A DNA stretch of 64,000 nucleotides from Octopus sinensis (taxonomy: Eukaryota), in the NCBI RefSeq assembly GCF_006345805.1, contig NC_043008.1, positions 31,930,001 to 31,994,000 of the forward strand. Reading direction: 5' to 3'. Positions within the stretch are counted from its first letter, which is position 1. Every line of letters begins with the position of its first letter. Shown piece by piece: positions 59,340 to 64,000 of this stretch. The notes under the pieces are model-generated. The model had not been told where the DNA came from. It saw nothing but the letters and a program-made list of their open reading frames with translations, and did no database searches. A program made the position numbers and the translations under genes.

Positions 59340-60879
59340 TAGGTACTAGAAAGAGATAGATGCACGAAAACGAACTATTCGAAAATATACAGATTGAGTT
59401 TGAATTTATACATTTTCGGAAGCTGAAAGTAGATCAGGGGAACAAAAAACGTGAATGTGTATGTCTGTGTTGAACCAAATTTCCCCTAAGATGTTAAAGA
59501 AAAGAATAAAGCTTATCTAAGTTGAACGGAGTTTGGCAGATGACTCTTGTAAATTTCCAAGCTCAGATTCCGCTAACAAAGGGAAGAAGCTTTCTGAATA
59601 ATATAGGATAAGTTTTCAATTCCTGGTTAAGAATCCAGGAACTAACCATTTGATTATCTTCAGACTAAAACACATGATGCATTGAAACCTTGCTGCAAGT
59701 AGTCATAGATCGCTGTCACAATATTTTGCTCAACCCACACACAGCAGTCATAATTGTTGACTTGAAGTGGACGGTTACCCAAACTACCAACGACGTTTTT
59801 GCGAGGACTGGAGACAAGCACAAACGGTTGCTTCTAACACCTGACCTAGAGTAGCTGGAGAGAGTTTCAGGATATTGATCTGAACAAACACAACAAAGAA
59901 GGTGATGACTTCCATCAATTTTGTGGAGAAATCACCTCAGTGATATTTATACTAACTAGTGGAACCTGTGAATATTTCACGGAATTAATGGTAAACCTAT
60001 TGGGTTATTTCTGAAAACTTTATCCAGAAACCTGAAAGTGTAGCGTGTATTGTGTCTGTGTGGAAAGATAGATGCTCATTGAAAAGTGAAAGAAATTGGA
60101 ATACAATGATTACTTTATGCACTTTATATATACTTTATATATACACTTTATGTGCTTTATGCACAATTTTATAGACTTTATACACACCGCTTATAAAACA
60201 AATATTCACTCTTATTTTTCCGTTTTCCCCATAAACTAAACAAAAAATATCCTGTACGTATGATACAACTTTTAGTTAAATTGCATATATCTTAATGCAC
60301 ATGCGTTAAGTGATAGGTAATATAAAAAAATCTAGTTAAATAAAATACACTTTTCACCATTCAATCACTACAACCACCATCATCTCTCCCCCCTATCTCT
60401 CCCTTCTCTCTGCCTTTCTTTAACCTCATCATCAGAACATCACCCCTCTGCTAAAATTATATTTTCAACTCTCCTCCTCTATATATCATCACCACCTTCA
60501 ACAAACTTTTTAAAATTACATAATAGATATTACGTTCTCCCTACCTCACGTCATGGACGCTTCTCTCTTTCTCTCTCCGTCTTTTTCTTTCTTCCGCTTT
60601 CTGTCTCATTCTTCGCCTTATCCCCTTTTCCCTCTCCTTTTTCTTTCTTCCCTCTTTCCCTTCAATTAATCACGTGAAAGCATTACAATTACATTCCCCC
60701 TACTTTACATCATGGCTTCTCTCTCCCTCTTTTTCTCTCACCCTCTTTTCTTTCTCCCTCTTTTTCTCTAATCACGTGAAAGCGTTACCAATGGGCTAAA
60801 TAACGGAATGACAAGTAAAATTATTATCAGACTGAATATGCTTCAGCAGGAATGTCAATACTCGGGGCTAAAGAATTTC

Positions 60880-61320
60880 GATCTATCCTATGTCTTGCTT
60901 GTTTACTTCATGCTCAAGCTTGATGGGGCTGGGGTCATCCCAGGTTATTGGTCCCAGAGACGTCATCATTTGCAGAACTGACCAGGCCTGCCAGTGCTCT
61001 CCATTGCTGGCGGTTCCATGCCAATCCTTCTGCATCCTTCAAGGTGATGTTGAGCCTCTGGAGATCTTTCTTAATCACGTCCAACCTCCCAAGAGGATTC
61101 TAACAGGTTCCCCATCAACAGTGGGGTCAGACCTCTTCGATTGTATCATCGATTATCTGATTACCTAAGTCTAAAAGCGAGTCTCCGGCACTACCTTCGG
61201 GAACTACCACCTTACTGACCTGGGGTATGTGGACGATTCCACCCTATTCAGCAACTTGATCGACCAGCTCAGGGACGCACTGACCATATACAGAGAAGAA
61301 TCATCCTATGTCTGATTAAT
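60880..61320. mobile_element. RTE LINE relic in two opposed pieces
   Basis: Minus strand 60880-61180: LDVIKKDLQRLNITLKDAEGLAWNRQQWRAL; plus strand 61183-61320: LTDLGYVDDSTLF. Confidence 0.7.
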
Positions 61321-62249
61321 ATAATCAAAGAAGATGCAAACCCCTAGCAGAGAGTCCAGCAAAATTCTCACATGGACTTTTGAACGTGCATCAAGCCATC
61401 ACGAATGACCATCCTGGAACTAACAACATGTGTGAAAGCTGGATGAGCAAATATTACCATTTTGTTGGACACTAACCTCTTCACTTAAAACACGAGTTAC
61501 TAATGAATCTATATAACAGAGTATATTATGTCTGAACAATGTTACATGATTTTTCTAAACAATTTTTATTCAATAGCGTCATTATTTTCTAAGTTCGCGC
61601 ATTTGATAAGTGCCAGCATATGAAATTCTTGAATAACTCCATTACTATTGCTATATACACTACACACACACAGCTGATTATATCATCGTTGCCGCATAAT
61701 TTTCTCAATAGAATAGTAGACTTTCGGAATAGCACATCCACATAACTTGGATTTTCTCCATTTTGATAGGGATTTTTCAAATTAGTTTCTCGCCACACCC
61801 TTGCAAATGATTGGGGAAAGCTTTTCATGACAAAAATGGTTCGGAAAATTTTTGAATCCCTCCACCTTACCGGACAATTTTGTTCAATATTTTTTTTGGC
61901 ACCACGCACTTAAAAGCAATGGGGACATCCTCTTGGTAAAAAGAAAAAAAGAATTTTGAAAATTTGTGAATTTTATCGAACCCCACTCCCCCACTCAGTT
62001 CTGATTTTGACCTACTTTTCCTTTGCAGTATACATTTAATATCAACGGGAGAAACATTGAAGGTCAAAAAATTTAGAAATCGGCAATCTCCATTACAATC
62101 CTTACTTCCGTTATTTTCAAACAGAAACTGAAATTTAATTTTAAAATAATATTGAATTATCTCAAAACTTTTTTCATTAGCCTATCCCATATATACTAAA
62201 ATTTTGGCTTGTTTTCGAATTTATTTCAACAACGGTTTTAAAATATGGA

Positions 62250-62599
62250 CACATGTTTCCGGGTTCAGTCCCACTGCGTGGCACCTTGGGCATGTGTCTT
62301 CTACTATAGCTTCGGGCCGACCAAAGCCATGTGAGTGGATTTGGTAGACGGAAACTGAAAGAAGCCCATTGAATATATATTTATAAGTATATGTTTGTGT
62401 GTCTGTGTTTGTCCCCCAACATCAATTGACAACCGATGCTGGTGTGTTTACGTCCCCGTCACTTAGCGGTTCAGCAAGAGAGAGACCGATAGAATAAGTA
62501 CTAGATTTACAAAGAATAAGTCCTGGCGTCGATTTGTTCGACTAAAGACGGTGCTCCAGCATGGCTGCAATCAAATGACTGCAACAAATAAAAGTAAAA
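62250..62599 (+). mobile_element. SINE family A, 5'-truncated
   Basis: Family A segments. Confidence 0.88.
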
Positions 62600-62887
62600 T
62601 TTCGAATCTGCAATTTGTTTCTGTTCATGATTTCAAAATAATTTTCATATGAAGAGGTGTGTGGTTTAGCTGTTGTTTCTTCACATCCCACGACTACCTG
62701 GTACCTTGTTTCTTTGTCACTCTGGCATGTATTGATGTTTTCCAGTATTTTTATCCCTATGAGCACATGTTATGGAATGATGATGCACTCAAAGGATGGA
62801 TTCAAGCATGATGATGCGCTCAAAGGTGGTGGTCCATTGTTGGGATATAAGCAACAACAAACAAATTATTTAAATCTTTAACCTCAG

Positions 62888-62920
<33 letters not shown>

Positions 62921-63127
62921 CCATGTGTGTGTGTGTATCCGTGTGTGTGTGTGTGTGTGTGTAAGAAAAACATATTTACTAACAGAAAAGTATGCTATTT
63001 AAATAAACTATTATTTACATGCCTTTTTAAAAGTCATTCAAAAGAGAGACGGAGAATGAGAGAGAAATGGGGAGAGAGGGAGAGTGAGAGAGAGGGGGAG
63101 TGAGAAAGATCAAGGAAGCGAGCGAGC

Positions 63128-63172
<45 letters not shown>

Positions 63173-64000
63173 TTTCTGTCGCAGTCACAGATTTTGAAAT
63201 TTTAAAATCAAGTGAAAATTTTGAAATTTGGCATACTGATTTACTTCTTCATAATGAATCCAAATTTGTAATTCATTTATTCCAGAGAGATTTTAGAAAA
63301 ATATTAGAGGTTTAAAGTTTGATCATTTTTACCCAATCAGAAAACAAGATTTCTATACGTGATAGGTGTGATAAAATGAAAGAAACATTAGAAGTTTTAA
63401 ACAAAATGAGTGTTATGCGTGAGAGTTAATACAAACACAAAGAGAGAGTATGTCAAAGAGTATGGTAAATATATATAGAGAGATAGCTTGATGGTAATCG
63501 ATAGAGAGTGAGAGAGTTGTCGATCTAGAAGTTAAGCTATTTCTTGTAGAAAATTATGTATTTTTATTATCATTCCATTTACGAACGACATTGTCTGCGG
63601 GACGCAGAATTCGAAAACCAAATTTTATCTTTCTCGAGAATGCACCGTTTCAGAGTTTTTGGGGGCAAAACACAGATCTCTTCTGTTTGGCTGCCAAGAT
63701 TTCAAAAATCAAAGTTTATTGAAAATTTTAAAATTTGGTACAATTATGTAGTTTTCAAAGCTGAATTTTTTTTTTTCAAAATATGCAGAAAAATACGAAA
63801 ATAATGATTCTGAAAAAAATTTCCAAAAATTTTTGTAAAATTTCAATTTAAAAAGAAAAAAATACCCCTCCCCTCCCCTCACAGTGTACGGCTACTTTTG
63901 ACCTACAGATTTAAAAAATAATTTTTTGTAACTAAACACTTTCAAACTTCGGACACTGGTAAAATGTGTCATATAAAACATATTTTACTCTTAGCATTTT

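Noticed and set aside
38253-64000. A second host gene downstream of ALDH
   Set aside because: All interpretable ORFs are TE relics or simple repeats. Small exons of another gene cannot be excluded without RNA data.

Overview
AT-rich, microsatellite- and transposon-dense eukaryotic genomic DNA. The SINE families and the ALDH type point to an octopus or other coleoid cephalopod (my inference from recognition, not a database match). One protein-coding gene is supported: a + strand ALDH1/2-family aldehyde dehydrogenase with 12 GT-AG coding exons between 2010 and 38252 (443 aa plus stop). Its first two or so exons lie upstream of the window. The catalytic and NAD-binding residues are intact (N169, K192, E195, GSTEVG, E268, C302, E399, ALDH2 numbering), but the substrate pocket is unusually remodelled. 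The rest of the window is SINEs, LINE relics (RTE, R4-like RLE, Penelope-like), DNA transposon relics (mariner, maT, piggyBac-like, hAT, Helitron) and simple repeats. The most notable non-coding signal is a nearly canonical type I hammerhead ribozyme at 33756-33829. It sits inside a ~340-nt tandem unit (retrozyme-like) in the last ALDH intron, in sense orientation. Three further Penelope-type minimal hammerhead relics occur at 17560, 38800 and 56240. No second gene, true tRNA/rRNA gene or CRISPR array could be supported. Exon coordinates were counted to the base; repeat boundaries without a stated TSD or terminus are approximate.
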